Assembly (NCBI RefSeq): GCF_006345805.1
Contig: NC_043015.1
Span: 22,630,001 to 22,694,000, forward strand
DNA from: Octopus sinensis
Lineage: Eukaryota
Reading direction: 5' to 3'
DNA: 64,000 bases
This document shows positions 1 to 15,100 of this stretch, in pieces. The notes under the pieces were generated by a model that saw nothing but the letters and a program-made list of their open reading frames with translations, was not told the DNA's origin and did not search any database. Position 1 is the stretch's first letter, and each line of letters begins with the position of its first letter. Both the position numbers and the translations under genes were made by a program.

Positions 1-640
1 ATCAGATTAATCAAACTTGTAATTATAAATGAACATTAAACGTATAGTTGGTTTTTGTTTGCTTTGTTGTTTTTCTATATATATTTTTGGTTCTATCAGA
101 CACAGACCAGTTTATATAAGAATTAGTAGGAATATGAACAAAATGGAGAATTGTAGTTTGTTAAATTCTCTTTACATTTCAAGTTGTATCTGGCCAGTTC
201 TTATTAACCCTGAACCTAAAACATTAAACCGTTTCGAAGTAGATTTGGATTTATTCAGGAAATATTTTAGTCGTCTTCTGATAAAATCGCAATTCACTGT
301 CACATACGTTAGCTGTTTTCTGTGCCATTCCATCTTCTTTTTTCTTCTGATTATCTAAGCCAGTAGACTGCGACTATGTTAAGACAACTCATCGGAAGGT
401 TAATTCACACAAATTGATTTCGTCATTTGGGGTCATTTTAAGTAGAATTCTTTTGATAAACCACAATGGGTCACGGACGTAGACACACTTCCATAAGATA
501 GGAACAAAAGCCATGACTTTCAATCACACATCCGTACACATATATAGCAATGGTTGACCCAGTACTGTAGTGGGAAAATTTTAACTAATAGGCCGCGCAG
601 AACCCCAGACCCACGTGTACTGAAATGGATATATTATACG

Positions 641-688
641 TACATACATACATACATACATACATACATACATACATACATACATACA
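641..688. repeat. (TACA)n microsatellite
   Basis: Perfect TACA tetramer run read directly. Confidence 0.95.
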
Positions 689-1159
689 AGTATTAGCGAG
701 GAAAGCAATATTAATCAAGAAAGATGATCCTTATATACAGCTTAATGTGGGTGCATTGCCAGAACACCGAATACTGTGGCATACACCTTGCGTATTCCTA
801 TCATAAAGCCGTACAGTGCTAAGAGTTCAGGAATATCTCTTAGAAGAAGAAAATTGTCTGTCATGGTCGCCGTAATTGGCGAGTATGCTGTGAATATATT
901 CGGCTGTTATGCGATGAATGTACCTGCTACCTGTTGACGCATGCCTGCCTCTGAAAAAGCGCAGTCCATAGAAATCATGTCGTCTCGCAGTTCCGGCAGT
1001 TATGACAGATTGTCGTCTGCTACTAGGAATGTTATTCTCTCAACACCATACATTACGGGAGAGGACTTCTCAACACGAATAGCTTATTATTTAGCATTGT
1101 GACAATATTCATATATGCACACACACACAAACATAAACACACACACACATGAATATACA

Positions 1160-1320
1160 TGTTTATTGAAGGGTTTCCACTCAGTTTCCGTCTACTTAAT
1201 TCATTCACATGCAATTGGATGGTGGGAGATATAACAGACCAGAACTTTGGCCAAGATGCCTTGCAGAGGGACTGAATGCTGAATCACGTGGTTATCAAGT
1301 TAACTTGCATATCAAGCCAT
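1160..1320 (-). mobile_element. Degenerate tRNA-derived SINE (same family as 17223-17650)
   Basis: 'cagtttccgtctac...caagatgccttgcagagggactgaa' aligns by eye to the 17500-17640 segment of the better-preserved copy. Confidence 0.65.
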
Positions 1321-1657
1321 GGTGAAATCACATCTAGAGAGAAATATAATCCAGTTTATTATATTTCGTTATTTTATTAATTTTCTTTTAAAGTTGTCGT
1401 TCAGATGTGTAAACATAGGCGTTTACTCATATTTGAAAAGAAATATTATGTCGGAATAACTTTATTTCTAAGTTATTACATTGGTTCCATTAAAATAAAT
1501 ATCAGACGCTCAATCGCCAGCTATTAAACAATATTAATTTTTAACAGCTGCTGATTGTGTCTCTACTACAGTAGGACACACATACAAATATATTAACAGA
1601 GAAAGAGAGAGTGAGCGACATTCATAAACATACATATACATATATATACACATGCAC

Positions 1658-1721
<64 letters not shown>

Positions 1722-2203
1722 TTGTGCATATATGTATGTGTGCGTGTGTGTACATATTCATGTATACGTGAAACAAAAAGAATGCAAAAGATTTTGGGTG
1801 TTTTAAATGAAGGTAATGTCTGGTTATTTACCATTTTGATCACAAACATATGTGCATACATACATACATTCATGCATACATACGTACATAAATACATACA
1901 TACATACACATATATATATACATACATGCATACATGTATGTAACCGTACGTAGACTGTTGGTGATTTTTCTTTCTTTTTTACTTCTTTCTCTTTGGATTT
2001 ATCTCTTTCCGACGAAGAGCTATGCTCGAAATATTAACAACACTGTCCTTTCACCGAACATCAAATTAATATATTGCCTGTGGACGTCCTCACCTTCGTA
2101 TCTTTCTTTTTGTCGCAGGTTTTTTTTTTAATTTGTTGAATTTCTTAATTTACGAGATATATACATACACACACATTAATTTTGGTCAGAATAAATGTTG
2201 CTA

Positions 2204-2592
2204 CAAAGGTGAGTCAAATAGTATTGCCATTTCGTTTAGGACAGGTATAATTACCAACACAGGAACATGTATCATACATGTATCGTCACTGGAATAATGT
2301 TTACCTCTCAAACCCTCTTTCATGAGGCCAAAGAGATGATAGTCCAGTAACGAGGAAGGGAAAACTGTAATAAAGAAGTGGTTCAAAGAACAATCAACAG
2401 AATTTTACGGGGCAGGGATACATGCTCTCATCCGAATGGGGAACACTGCTATTGAGAGAAACAGTGATTATGTTGAGAAGTTGGGATGTGATCCACAGAG
2501 GACCAGCTTTATTTTGATGTATGATACATGTTCCTGTGTTGATAATTACAGCTGTCCTAAACAAAATGGTATTACGTTTTGACTCAACCTTG
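2204..2592. mobile_element. Mariner-derived MITE with ~76-bp TIRs, TA TSD and internal transposase fragments
   Basis: TA at 2202-2203 and 2593-2594. 2204-2279 is an imperfect reverse complement of 2517-2592. Internal peptides DYHLFGLMKEGLRGKHYSSDD (-) and KKWFKEQSTEFYGAGIHALIR...AIERNSDYVEK (+) match the mariner transposase C-terminus. Confidence 0.85.
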
Positions 2593-5119
2593 TATATTTG
2601 TGTGAAAAGGAGGAAAGCTGCAAGAGCGACTAATAACCTCTCCTTCAATGAATTAGCTGTTTCATTTTTATCCACCTTGGGGTGGATGAAAAGATCTTAC
2701 GATTGCAACTGTAACAAGACATGTAAATAGCGAATATTACATCCGGACACAGAAAATATGGCACCCGGAACTCTCTGTATTCAAAAAGACTTTGACCCAG
2801 AATGTGTTTACAGTGCCAATACTTAATCCAACATTTGGGCTACTTGGCTGCTTGACGAGATCCGAATCATTGATGTGTCGTAGACCGCCTCAACCTAAAC
2901 CGTAAAAAATGGGATCAGAGGCTTAATATCATTCCACATCTCCTTTGAATGCCGTATCATATCTTTTCGTATCATATCCTTTAATCACTAAGTGTCAAAA
3001 ATGTAAGCGTTTATGAGGTTCATGACATTCCTTGACGTTTATATAAGTATATTTGATCACGTCTAGATATGAAACTATATGCAAGCGAGTACACACATAA
3101 AAATAACATACAAACTGCACACATATATACATATATACAGAAATACTTTGTTGTTAATGTTGAAATTGCAATGAAAGATTTTGGATCTAGGTTAAAAATC
3201 GGCTCATTCTCTGTCGGCAATATCCCTTGAAATAAAACTGAATAGCTTACATACATGCGTAATATGCATACATATATACGTAGGTGCATGCCTGCATGCA
3301 TACATACATAAATACCTTCTCGCATGCATATATATAGACATGCATTCATACAAATAAATAATACATACACACATACATGCGTACATGAATGCGTACATTA
3401 ATTCATACATGCATACATACACACGTACATGCGCTCGTTTGTCTGCAACATAGCGTCGTATAAATGTAGGCTTTTAACTAGTATAAAGTGGTATGGTCCC
3501 AAGTGTACTGTGTAGCCCTTTTGGCCTGTGTTATTCTATCATAATATCGAATGGACTCTTCCTTCTATTTTATTGTTTGAAGGCTAGATCCAATCAAGTG
3601 TCCAATTTCATATTAACACTTGCATTATGCGTATATTGAGCAGAAGTCTTTGTCTTGCTGGAGTTTGGATGCCGTTTCAATATTTTGGCAAGATTCTCTT
3701 CCGAGCAGTACTTTAGCAAAAGCGAACTAGGGCGCATTTCATGCTTAGAGACTTTTGTAGTTATTCCGTGAAATATTTCACCTTCACTATAAAAACATAA
3801 ACATATTTGAGTGTGTATGTTACCTTTCTGAAAAGATGAATTTTACACTTTTTACCATCATGTTCCATGGAATAAAAACAATGGCGATTGTCTTAGATTT
3901 TGAAAACTTTTTCTACCGTTTTAATACTCTATACTTTATAATCTATTAAACTGAGAGATCTGAATGTTGTAGTATGTCATAATGTTTTTTTTAATTTTAT
4001 TTTCGGGGGAATTCCAAAGATTCTTTCATTGCAGTGGGTAACCTCCTATCAGTCGGTAGTGAAATACATAGCTAACTACGGATAACTGTGACCAGATATC
4101 CTTTCAAGAAATACCCAGTACAAGAGTGAATCGGGTTTTGTGTGTTTTTAAATGATTTATAAACACCTTCCTCGCTGCAATTATTTTCGTTCCAGCAAAC
4201 GATCTCAGGTCAGATCACTTGCTATACATTTCCGAATACAAACGATAAAACACAAAAAAGAGAAGCGAAGATAAACAAAGTAATATGAACTGCTTATTCT
4301 AACTCAGAGTGTCATTGTGCTGCGAACAAATACATACTTTAATTCTATTTAACCTGTTTTAATATAAGTGAAATAGAACCAGGCCGTATGCGTTTTGGTT
4401 GGCATAATGACCCTCCCGAGATACAACAAAATATGTTTCAACATATGATTTCCCATCAAGAAACTTGTAGAAAATTTCTCGTCTGGCAGTAAGAACAATT
4501 TTCTTTGTTGCTAAATATTTATCTAGTAACCATATTATACGCGTCATTGTTACAGGGACAAACTAGATCGATAGGTAAGAGATCTAGTCAAATAAATGAT
4601 TCAATTTACTATGTTAACATTACTCAAGACAAGTAGGCATTAATAAAGATACAAGTGTTTGTGAAATTAAAACAAACAGATCTATTTGCAATATAAATAT
4701 TATGGGAAAATATTAATTATTCATGAAGAAAATTCAAATTTTAAATATCACACAACGGCTTCTTTCCAATTATTCTCTAGCGACCTATATATCATATATT
4801 AAGCGTAATGCTTCAACACACATACACACATACACAAATACATATGCGTAAACATACATATATTCATATAAATATATATATTATGTATATATATATATAT
4901 ATATATATACACGCGTATATATATGTATATATATATATATATAAACACAGACAAACGCAAACATGTTTGTGCATATATATATAATATAGTTTTATACTAT
5001 CAAACAGATATATGCATGTATATTCGTGTATGTTCATCCGTGTATGCATAAAAATGTATATGTATGTGTCTGTGTGTGAGTGTATATATATTTGTACACA
5101 AGAATATGTATATACATAC

Positions 5120-5156
<37 letters not shown>

Positions 5157-5509
5157 CGAATGTACTTATACTATGTACCGGTTAAAACTTATATTTAATA
5201 TATGCCATGATTCTTTCACATCTAGTGCAGCAAAAGTGTTGAAATCTCTGGTTCGTCCAGAACCGAACTCTCAGATGATGCAAAGCCCTCACTAGGTATC
5301 CTGATTCGTTCTCCTGAAACTAATAAAATAATTAAAGTAATAAGAATCATTAGATTATATTGTTTCATTCACTTCATGTTTAGACTAAACCTCGAGAGTT
5401 TAATAATGGTAACTTCGAAATACTCATAGACAACACCCCGTGTATATTCACTTGTATGTTTTCTATTTGCAAATGTCTGCAACAGCTGAACGTCAGCTCA
5501 TTTGTGTTA

Positions 5510-5594
<85 letters not shown>

Positions 5595-5600
5595 AAATAA

Positions 5601-5674
<74 letters not shown>
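5510..5674. repeat. Imperfect (TA)n microsatellite
   Basis: Read directly. Confidence 0.9.
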
Positions 5675-5677
<3 letters not shown>

Positions 5678-6309
5678 GTTTATGAATTTCTGCTGCAATG
5701 TTCCTGATATGAAGCCATGTTTTGAAACGGATATTGTTGTATTTCGGGATGATTATTTTTTTTGTTGCCAAATATATATATATATATATTTAAAGAGAGA
5801 AAGAGAGAGGAAGAGAGAGAGAGAGAGGGAGAGTGAGTGATAGTGAGAGATAGAGAGAGTGAGAGAATGTATGTATATACGCATACATGCATTCTCGACA
5901 CCTTGTGAACAGAGCTGCTGCTTGACAGGCCCCTGATATTTGGAAATAAGTAGCAAAATCTTAATTTCGACGGAAAATTTCCGAAACTATATATGTGATC
6001 CTACTTCATGTATATATATATAGACAAGACAAAACATTTAAACACTAAGGTTTGAAATAAGATATCACTATTGTTATTGGTGCTTTACGGTGGTTTGATT
6101 AAGACTTTAGCCCATATTTCTTGGAGTTTGATGCTTTTCTGCATCCCTACGTTTCGTGCTGATATTACTGTATAACACCTTTATATAATATATATCATAA
6201 TGTTATTTATTCTCCGATTTTAAACGACAATTTTAAATATAAACAAATGCCCGGAAAAGGATGTGCTAACCTCAGGCTGAATGGAAGTCACACACACACA
6301 CACACAGAG

Positions 6310-6362
<53 letters not shown>

Positions 6363-6469
6363 TACACAAGATTCTGGTTTGTCATATTAGCAAATAATTA
6401 AATTATTATTAGTGCGTATTGTGACACTTTTAAAGTACAATACTGTTAAGCTTCGGCCTTGAACTTTCA

Positions 6470-6810
6470 ATGGGACTCCGCTCCAGGAGATATTTACAGG
6501 ATTTAATACGGGTATAATGCTTTAGTAGAAGGCCAGCAATGTCGGGTTAGTGCTAAATCGAAAGGATCAATCCAACTGTTCAACGAATGTCGATTTTATC
6601 AATTCGGAAAGGATTTAAATGTAGCGATTGTGCCAGCTCACCGCCTTAGTATAGCACGCCGGATAAAATGCTTATCAGCATCAGGACCGACTTTACATTC
6701 TGAGTTCAAACTCCACAGAAAACGATTTATCTTTCAACCTTTTGGGATCTATTAGATATGAGCTAATTAAAAACTGGGGTCAATTGAAATTGCTGGTCTT
6801 ATATCAAACT
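6470..6810. mobile_element. Two degenerate SINE copies head-to-head (family of 29873-30102)
   Basis: 'gccagctcaccgcctta' (~6633-6649) is the reverse complement of the SINE head. 'gcacgccggataaaatgctta...ttctgagttcaaactcc' follows on +. Confidence 0.55.
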
Positions 6811-8653
6811 ATGAAACCAATATGAGTAAACGAATTTCTGTCCTTCATTTACTGATGTATGTGTGTGTGAGTGAATATGTTCACGCTCATGTATGTGTTC
6901 AGTGTGGGTGACCGTATCCACATGCGTAAATGCATATACCCGTGGTGGCATGATTGCTTTTGACAATAATAAAAACAATTTGGTTTCAATTCAAATAGTT
7001 TGAAAATATTCTGTTTGCATGTTTTTAATCTTTGCCATGTCGAGAGGATAAATTTGATTAAAAAAAAGGATTGGGGCAGTGACGTGCAAGTATAATAATT
7101 CCCTTATCTTTGGGTTGTCTTGGAATTAGAATCAATTCGCTTCATTTGTATTTGGTTCATTGTATGTAGATTCAGTTCTATTCATTGGAGATCAGTCCTA
7201 ATCTATTAAATATCATTCGCCTTTTCTTAGCTTCTATTATATAAAATGGCTAGAAGAAATTCAAATGAAGACATCTAAGAATTCCAGATAGCGAGAGTGC
7301 GTGTAACTTTGCAAAGTTCCACAGTAACATTTCAAATAATCTATGTATAGTTTACTTCACATTCATAAAATAGTAACAGATATGGACCAAATCAGAATCT
7401 ACGACGGATTGACACACGTATATGATAGTTTAAGTTAAAACAAAATATAGCCAAAATATATTTAAAAAAACAAACAGAAAATACATCAGCCGACAATATG
7501 TGACACCATGAATAAGCGTCAGCTACGGTGTTTGATCATCAGGCTAAAAATAGTAGCGAGTTACCTCTCAAATTGGTGGACACACACAGTTAACTGGTGT
7601 ACTCGCTCCTAAAATTGGTGGAACACATAGGATAACATAGTAAATTTAAATTTAGTTATATCAAATAATCAAGTTAAATTAAAATGTAAATCGTAGTAAA
7701 TTATGAAATTAATCTGTTGGTCTGAACCCATCATGTCCGCTGTTTAATGATGGATAAAAATTAAGAGTCAAAGGAGGATCCCCATGATCTTGGGCTGGTT
7801 TATAAATTCTATTAATAATTGAAAGAGATATTTTCAAAAAATTGTTAATTCAATGTTTAAAATCCGCTACAGAATGTCACAATGACATAATCTTGTTTAA
7901 AAGTTTACCAAGAAATAATTAGTGTAAACGAATGGCAAACACATATTGCTTCTCTCGTACAAGTAAGTAGTAAATGGCAATAAGATAATTAGGTTTAAAT
8001 TGCAACAAATTAATCCGTTACGAGCTCATATATGACTTATGATGAAAATCCGCTGATAGCAATAGCAGATAGCAAAGTATGCTGAAATCGGTAATGTAGA
8101 TATGGAATAGTAGAGAATAATAGGAATATAATCTGTCCATATGAGAACATAGGTACACAAAAACATAAACCCACACCCCAAATCATTTAAAATTATACAT
8201 ACGTATAAGCATACGCACACACACACACACACACACATACGTGTATGGACACACACATACATATATAAATATAGAAGGGTAGACAAGATAGAAATAGATA
8301 TACATGGATATAAATAGATATATTACTACATATGTAGATAGATAAATATGTATACTTGTACAGGCATGTACATGTATACATCCAGTAGTAATTTTATATT
8401 CAGATATATATATATATATATATATATATTGTAGTATGCTGTTTACAGCCGTCCGCAGTATATGGCTACTTGATGTATCCTGATATATGCCACTGGGCGT
8501 ACTTCGGAATTCTGTTTTTGTGGGTGGCATTCATATAAAAATCATGTGACAGATAGAAAATGGAGTTCATAAGAACATTTATCCAGAAACTCTACAATCG
8601 TTTCGACCAATATTGCAGTGGCATTTTACAGGTAAGATGTTGTAAAAACAATT

Positions 8654-8824
8654 GTCTCTTTTTGCCAAATCGTTAAGTTATGGGAACGTAAACACACCAA
8701 CATCTGTTGTTAAGCCACGGTGGAAAGAAAGACACACTCACATAAACGCATAAACATATATGCGCTTACAAACACACACACACACACAGACACACACATC
8801 CACAAACACACACACAACACATGT

Positions 8825-8859
<35 letters not shown>

Positions 8860-8940
8860 GATAGATAGATAGATTTACTGATAGTCACAAATAAATACCT
8901 AAACATATACGGGTTTTTTTCAGCTTTCGTCTACCAAATT
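8654..8940 (-). mobile_element. SINE fragment lacking its head (family of 17223-17650)
   Basis: 'ctctttttgccaaatcgttaag...cgtaaacacaccaacatc' and 'ctttcgtctaccaaat' match the 17360-17520 copy, including the internal (CA)/(TA) tract. Confidence 0.7.
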
Positions 8941-8950
8941 GATATCGATA

Positions 8951-8953
<3 letters not shown>

Positions 8954-9026
<73 letters not shown>
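8954..9026. repeat. (TA)n microsatellite
   Basis: Perfect TA run. Confidence 0.95.
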
Positions 9027-9029
<3 letters not shown>

Positions 9030-9260
9030 AGAGTTCCCGAAAGAAACAAAGGAAGAAGACAGGTGGTGTATAAAGCAAACAGATGTATTAGTATAACGCT
9101 CAGGAATTGAAAAAGTCTTTTACGTTTGGAGCCTACGCTCTTCTACAGTAAGGGACACAGAAAAAAAAACAAGGCGAGAAACAAGGGGAGAAAAAAGGAG
9201 AAAAAAAGCAGAAAAAAGGAGAGAAAAAGGAGAGGAAAAAAGGAGAGAGAGATGGGGGGA
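9027..9260 (-). mobile_element. Penelope-type pseudo-LTR fragment with a degraded hammerhead-like motif
   Basis: Abuts (TA)n. The minus strand at 9148-9118 reads CUGUAGAAGAGC-GUAG-GCUCCAAACGUAAAAG: a GAGC/GCUC hairpin, with mutated versions of CUGANGA and GAAAC. Confidence 0.45.
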
Positions 9261-9531
9261 GGAAGTGAGTTAGATAGATAGTTATGTTTCACAAAATTCA
9301 TATATAAAAATGTTTCATGAATACGTGCGTTTCCACACGCACAAACATGTATGCATCTGTAGAGTCACACCGTTCTTTGCATTAAATATAGTCTGTTATA
9401 TAAAACCACACATCCATACCACTGATACAAGCTTGACTGCTAGAAAATAGCCATCCAACAAACGAAGCAGAAATAAAAATTCACTGACTCTACGTCTTTT
9501 AAGTACCTTTGCTAAGGAGGAAGCAGTAATG

Positions 9532-9872
<341 letters not shown>

Positions 9873-10428
9873 AAGATATTGAACTGAAAAGTTGGAAGTA
9901 TAAGAAACTAGAACATTACTGGTAAATAATATATAAGGACGTTTAAGTAATAATAATAAATGTTAAATAAAAGAGTTTGACAAACAAACCGGGAAAGTTG
10001 ACTTAAAATAATAATGATAATAATAAAAAGCATAAACATGCACTTGAAAGAAAGTAAATATGTATATATACATAAAAACATATAAACAAAAAAAGGAAAA
10101 GATAATAGAAAAAGTAAAGCAATGAAAATTTACAACAACGAAATGTTTGTTCAATGCATTAATTTGTTTTCATACATAAAAACATCATTTATTTATATAT
10201 TTTTTTTTACTTGTACTCTCATCCTGTAAAATCATTAGGCTCTCACAACTTACAATTAAAATGCATCAGGCTCTGTTTGCTGTTGTTTGCAATGTATTTT
10301 ATTTTACTCTAATTTCTTTTTTTTTATTTTCTTTATTTCTTTTTGTGATGTTTCTCTTAATTTCCTGATTCTAATGTGTTTACGCATTACGAACGAAGAA
10401 GAAGGAAGAAAAAGATGTAAGCATTTAG

Positions 10429-10488
<60 letters not shown>

Positions 10489-11770
10489 GTATATACATAT
10501 ATGTATATATATCTATTTGTCTGTGTGCGTTTGTGATGTGTATATACGCATATTTTTATCCTTTGTTCGTTATCTCTACATGCACACGCACACACATATA
10601 TAGATACGTGCGCGCGGGTGTATACACGCGCACACACACACACACACATGTGTGTGTAACTGTTGACGTAGATACACATCTGTGCGCGTACGTATATAAA
10701 TAAGAAGGACGCTCAACATGAAATATAATTTAAAATACGTACTTAGGTTCTATGGAGGTTTTTTAGAAATATCCTAATTCTTACGTTTGTGTGTGAATGT
10801 GTGTGTGCGTGTGTGTTCATGTATACTTAAATATATACCTATATATTTGTATGTATACATTAATATATATATATATTTATATATATGTATGCATATACGT
10901 GTGCGCATATGTGTATATACACATCATGTACATATACACATTACCATAAACGATAAAGGACTTACGAAATAAAAGTTATAAATTGTTAATGAATATACAT
11001 ATATACTAAATAATTAAAAAGATTCTATGCAAATTAAAGAACAGTAACAACAATAAATAGAAAATTTTCCCGAAAAGAATAAATTCGCATTAGTTGTACA
11101 TTAATTAACGACACAGTTCTCTTTTATCCAAGCTGTAATTAATAAATCAAATCATTATCTTCTTCTCGAGGGGAGAAATTAACATCGAGTTAGTTGTGTA
11201 AAATTGAGTAGTTAAAATAGTTGAAGTAATAAACGTTGTGTATTTGTAGTAGCATTTAAACATTGGGTTGACTTTCTCTTTTCGGTATTTATAGATAAGG
11301 CGGGATGGTTAAACATAACAGTTTAAAAGAATTTATTTTTGGTATGTTTGAAGTTCCTTTCAGAGAGTATTTCTTTTAGAACCAGATGTGCGCTGATCTA
11401 GATGACCTCTGATCAAACACGTTTCAACTGTGGCCATCCTAGTTGGTCCTTTTGTAGATTACATTAAATATAGCTTTATTATATTAAAAATATTTGTAAC
11501 TCGACGGGTAATCACATACATTGGATAAGGTCATGCGATTCTTTTCTCCTTCGAAAAGAGCTAAAAGAAAACAAACGCAATTACTGCACAGATACAGAAA
11601 ATAAATCATCGCACATTAACAACCACAACCATTGTCATCACCAGTTTACATCTCTCACAATCCAGTCAGGTGTTAGGCGATTTTCTCTCAAAAATAGCAG
11701 ACATCCGTATCGAAGTAAAGAATGCTCACACGAGAACACATAAGCTTTGAACATCTAATCTTGTTTTTAG

Positions 11771-11985
11771 GCAGCGAGCTGGCAGAATCCTTACATCGCC
11801 GGACAAAATGCATAGAGGCATTTCTTCTGAATTCACGTTCCGAGTTCAAATGTCACTCACTAGCGTCGACTACGTATTTTATCCTTTCGGATTCCGTAAA
11901 ATAAGAACCAGTATAGCAATTGGGTCGATGTGATCGGTTCAATCCCTCCCCCGATGTTGCCGATCCCGTGCCGAAATTTCAAACC
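11771..11985 (+). mobile_element. Degenerate SINE (family of 29873-30102)
   Basis: Head 'gcagcgagctggcagaatc', B-box-like 'gagttcaaat', 3' 'gggtcgatgtgatcg'. Confidence 0.7.
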
Positions 11986-12003
11986 AATCTCTGATCTTAT
12001 TTT

Positions 12004-12195
12004 AAGGCGGTGAGGTGGTAAAATCGTTAGCGAGCCGGACAAAATACCGTTAAGTCTATATGTTCTGAGTTCAAATGCAACTGGGGTCCATTTCGCTTTC
12101 CATCCTGTCGGGGTCGATTAAATAAGTACCAGTTGAGCACTGAGATCGATACAGTTGTTTTACCCTTCCTCGAAATTCCTGGCCTTGTGACATCG
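12004..12195 (+). mobile_element. Degenerate SINE (family of 29873-30102), tandem to the previous copy
   Basis: 'aaggcggtgaggtggtaaaatcgttagc...ttctgagttcaaat...ggggtcgattaaaataagtaccagttgagcactg'. Confidence 0.75.
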
Positions 12196-15100
12196 CCAAT
12201 TAAATTATGTTTATGTCAAGTAAGACTATGAAGATGCGTATCAGATATCAGATGTTATTGAGCAACTTCAATTCTCTTCCCTGAGCAGCCTCTGCAAACG
12301 CCCCTACATGATGTAATCAGTAATCACAGTAATCAGTTAATCAGGGCAAACTCTCACAATTATTTTCCCTTCAGGTTCCCGAAAATTGGCGTTCGAGACC
12401 TTTATTTCTTCCTTCCTAAACTTCCGGCTATATATTTCTTTCAACATTTCAAACTTTAATAATCGCGCTTACGCCCTATTACAGTTCGTGCCTAACACAA
12501 AAATGGTTGAGGTAATAATCTGACTGCCCAACACCACAGGGGTGGAGGTATGCCACCCATAGACAACCACGTGATAGACAATGACAATATAAGAAAACAA
12601 CACTAAGAAAGAGCAGGACTCTGCCAAGCACCTTTATGTCCGAAAATGTGGAACTATTCGAGCATCCATTTATCAAAACCTAATCGTAAATGGGGGTGTG
12701 GGAATAGGGAGGCGACTTAACTCACACACACACACACATGCATATGTATCTGTGTAAGTGTGTGCCTGTGTGTGTTTGTGTGTGTGTGCCTGCATTAAAA
12801 TACCTATGCATAAGCCTCTTCACATGTGAATATGGTTTGGTGGCATGTAAAATGTTTTCGCAAATTGCTGTGTGATTTGTGCTTTGGAAGTCTATAGGTA
12901 TGCAGACACACTTTGGAATTCCATACCATTGAAACAAAGAAATATTGAGATGTCAAATCTGGACACACTGAGAGAGAGAGAGAGAGAAAGATAAAGAGAG
13001 AGAGAGTGAGAGAGAGAAAAAAAGAAAGAACGACAAAGAGAGAGAGAGAGAGGAGATGAGAGAAGAGGGACATAAAAGGGGAGACTGGTTAATCACCGCG
13101 CTAGGACTAGTTTTCTATTAAGCAGACTAGGAAACTTAAATGTGATGTATCTTGGCCACGTACATATTATGCTACCTCTTCCAAGGTTCGTTATAAGATA
13201 ACGCTGTGGATTCGAATCCTCGAAAAGGCAGCACATTGTGTATATATATTCCACTAATACAGGGATCGAAATATATGACGGATACAACTCAATTTCGAGG
13301 AACCCTATCAATTGATGTTTTTTTTTTCTTTGAAATATAAGCAGCACATATATCCTTTTTAAATTCTCTTCCGAATCTACGCTGATTTTTGCTTATAATG
13401 CAATGAAGGTTTAACATCCACGTTGATACATGCCTTTATTCTACCCTGGAATCTTCAATCGAATGTTTGCCAAGGCTGATGTTGGCCACAGTTGCCAACA
13501 CAAAGAAGTTTAAAATCTCAAGCAATGCCACTTGAATGAGAAAAGCCTATTAGAATGAAAAAAAGACTTTGCACTGAGACATTCCTACTCACTTAACAGC
13601 GTGTGCCTTTAACATGAGACAAAAATTAGCCTACATCACGAGAATTAAAATAAGTTGTAGGATCTGCACCAAATTCTCTTCGAGAATTATGACTACGTAT
13701 AAACATTTTTATTCCCTGGCAGCTAATTATTCTGTATTGATCTACCTCTTGACAGGTATGTTTGTTGTCTTGCAATCTCAATGACAACCATATTCGTTTA
13801 CAAGGAGATTGCCATTCCATGCAATGCGTTGTACTGGGTTACATAGTTCAGTAGCATTAATTGTGACATTATATATATGTGCATACAAACATACATATAT
13901 AGAAAACCAAATACGTATACGCACACGCACGGAGGCACATACACACACATACATACGTTTATACATACAGACGTCGCTCGCAATTTAATGCAGCTTCCTA
14001 ATAATTGTCATACATTTTCTGATCGAATTGGGTGCCTTTATACGTTGCAAGCAGACATAGACAGTTTTGCGAACAACTCATCGTTGAGTCAGCAGATGTG
14101 GTACATGGAATATACAATGCCTGGAACTGCACTTGGTAAGTAGACATTTTCGGTGGAATGAAGTTGAGCAAAGAACGATTTAAGTATCCCTCGTTCTAGA
14201 GTTCGAACCCCATATTTTTTGTTCGAAGGTGTAACAGCTTAAACAAATGACTACGTGCCTTATTACACAAACAAAAATACACATCAACATACAAATGCAC
14301 GCGTATATGTATACTACCATGTTTTATAATCCTTTTATATAACTCGATATCTTTTTAACGCACCCTTGCAGATGATATTGAATGCATTATTTTTTTTTAT
14401 CATTCTTATAGTTATTGCTGATATTTCCGTTTCCTTTGTTAGGCCTTTAACGGTACTAGTAGTATTAGGGCTATGGCACCGCATATAAAATCGAATAATC
14501 GAACTTCGATAATATAATGATAACGGGACACAAAAAAGGAAAGAGTTAAAGAGAGACCGTAAAACATAGATAGGGAAGAGGTTTCGATAAATGTGCGAGT
14601 GTTTGTATGTTTGTGTAAATGAAATGTGTGCAAGTATATGTTTATATTTCTGAGTGAGAGGAGAGGAAAGACATAGACATTTTGATCAGCATAACTCAGT
14701 GTGATTTTAACACGATTTGACAGTTCTCAGAAATGCATGATGAAGAGTGTCGAGTTATAGAAGAAAAGATTCGTTTAATGTGCATTCAACGAGAAGATGA
14801 CCTTCCGTTGCGAACATTTGATGTTGGCAAAAACTATATCAGCACGAAGTTGGTTTATTTCAGGGAGAAGGTGAATAGGTGAATAAATGAGACTGATAAA
14901 GGTATTAAGAAGGAGATATCGGCATCATGAGGAACAGAAGAAACTAAAAGGGATAGGAATAGCAAAACGAAAGAGGCAAAGAAAAGGATAAGAAGGTGCT
15001 GCAATGAATAAGATGGGTTATCGATCGATCTGGGTGTTACGAATCACTACATTTTGACCAGAATATATTATACAACTTTCCGTTTATGCTATGCAGTTGT

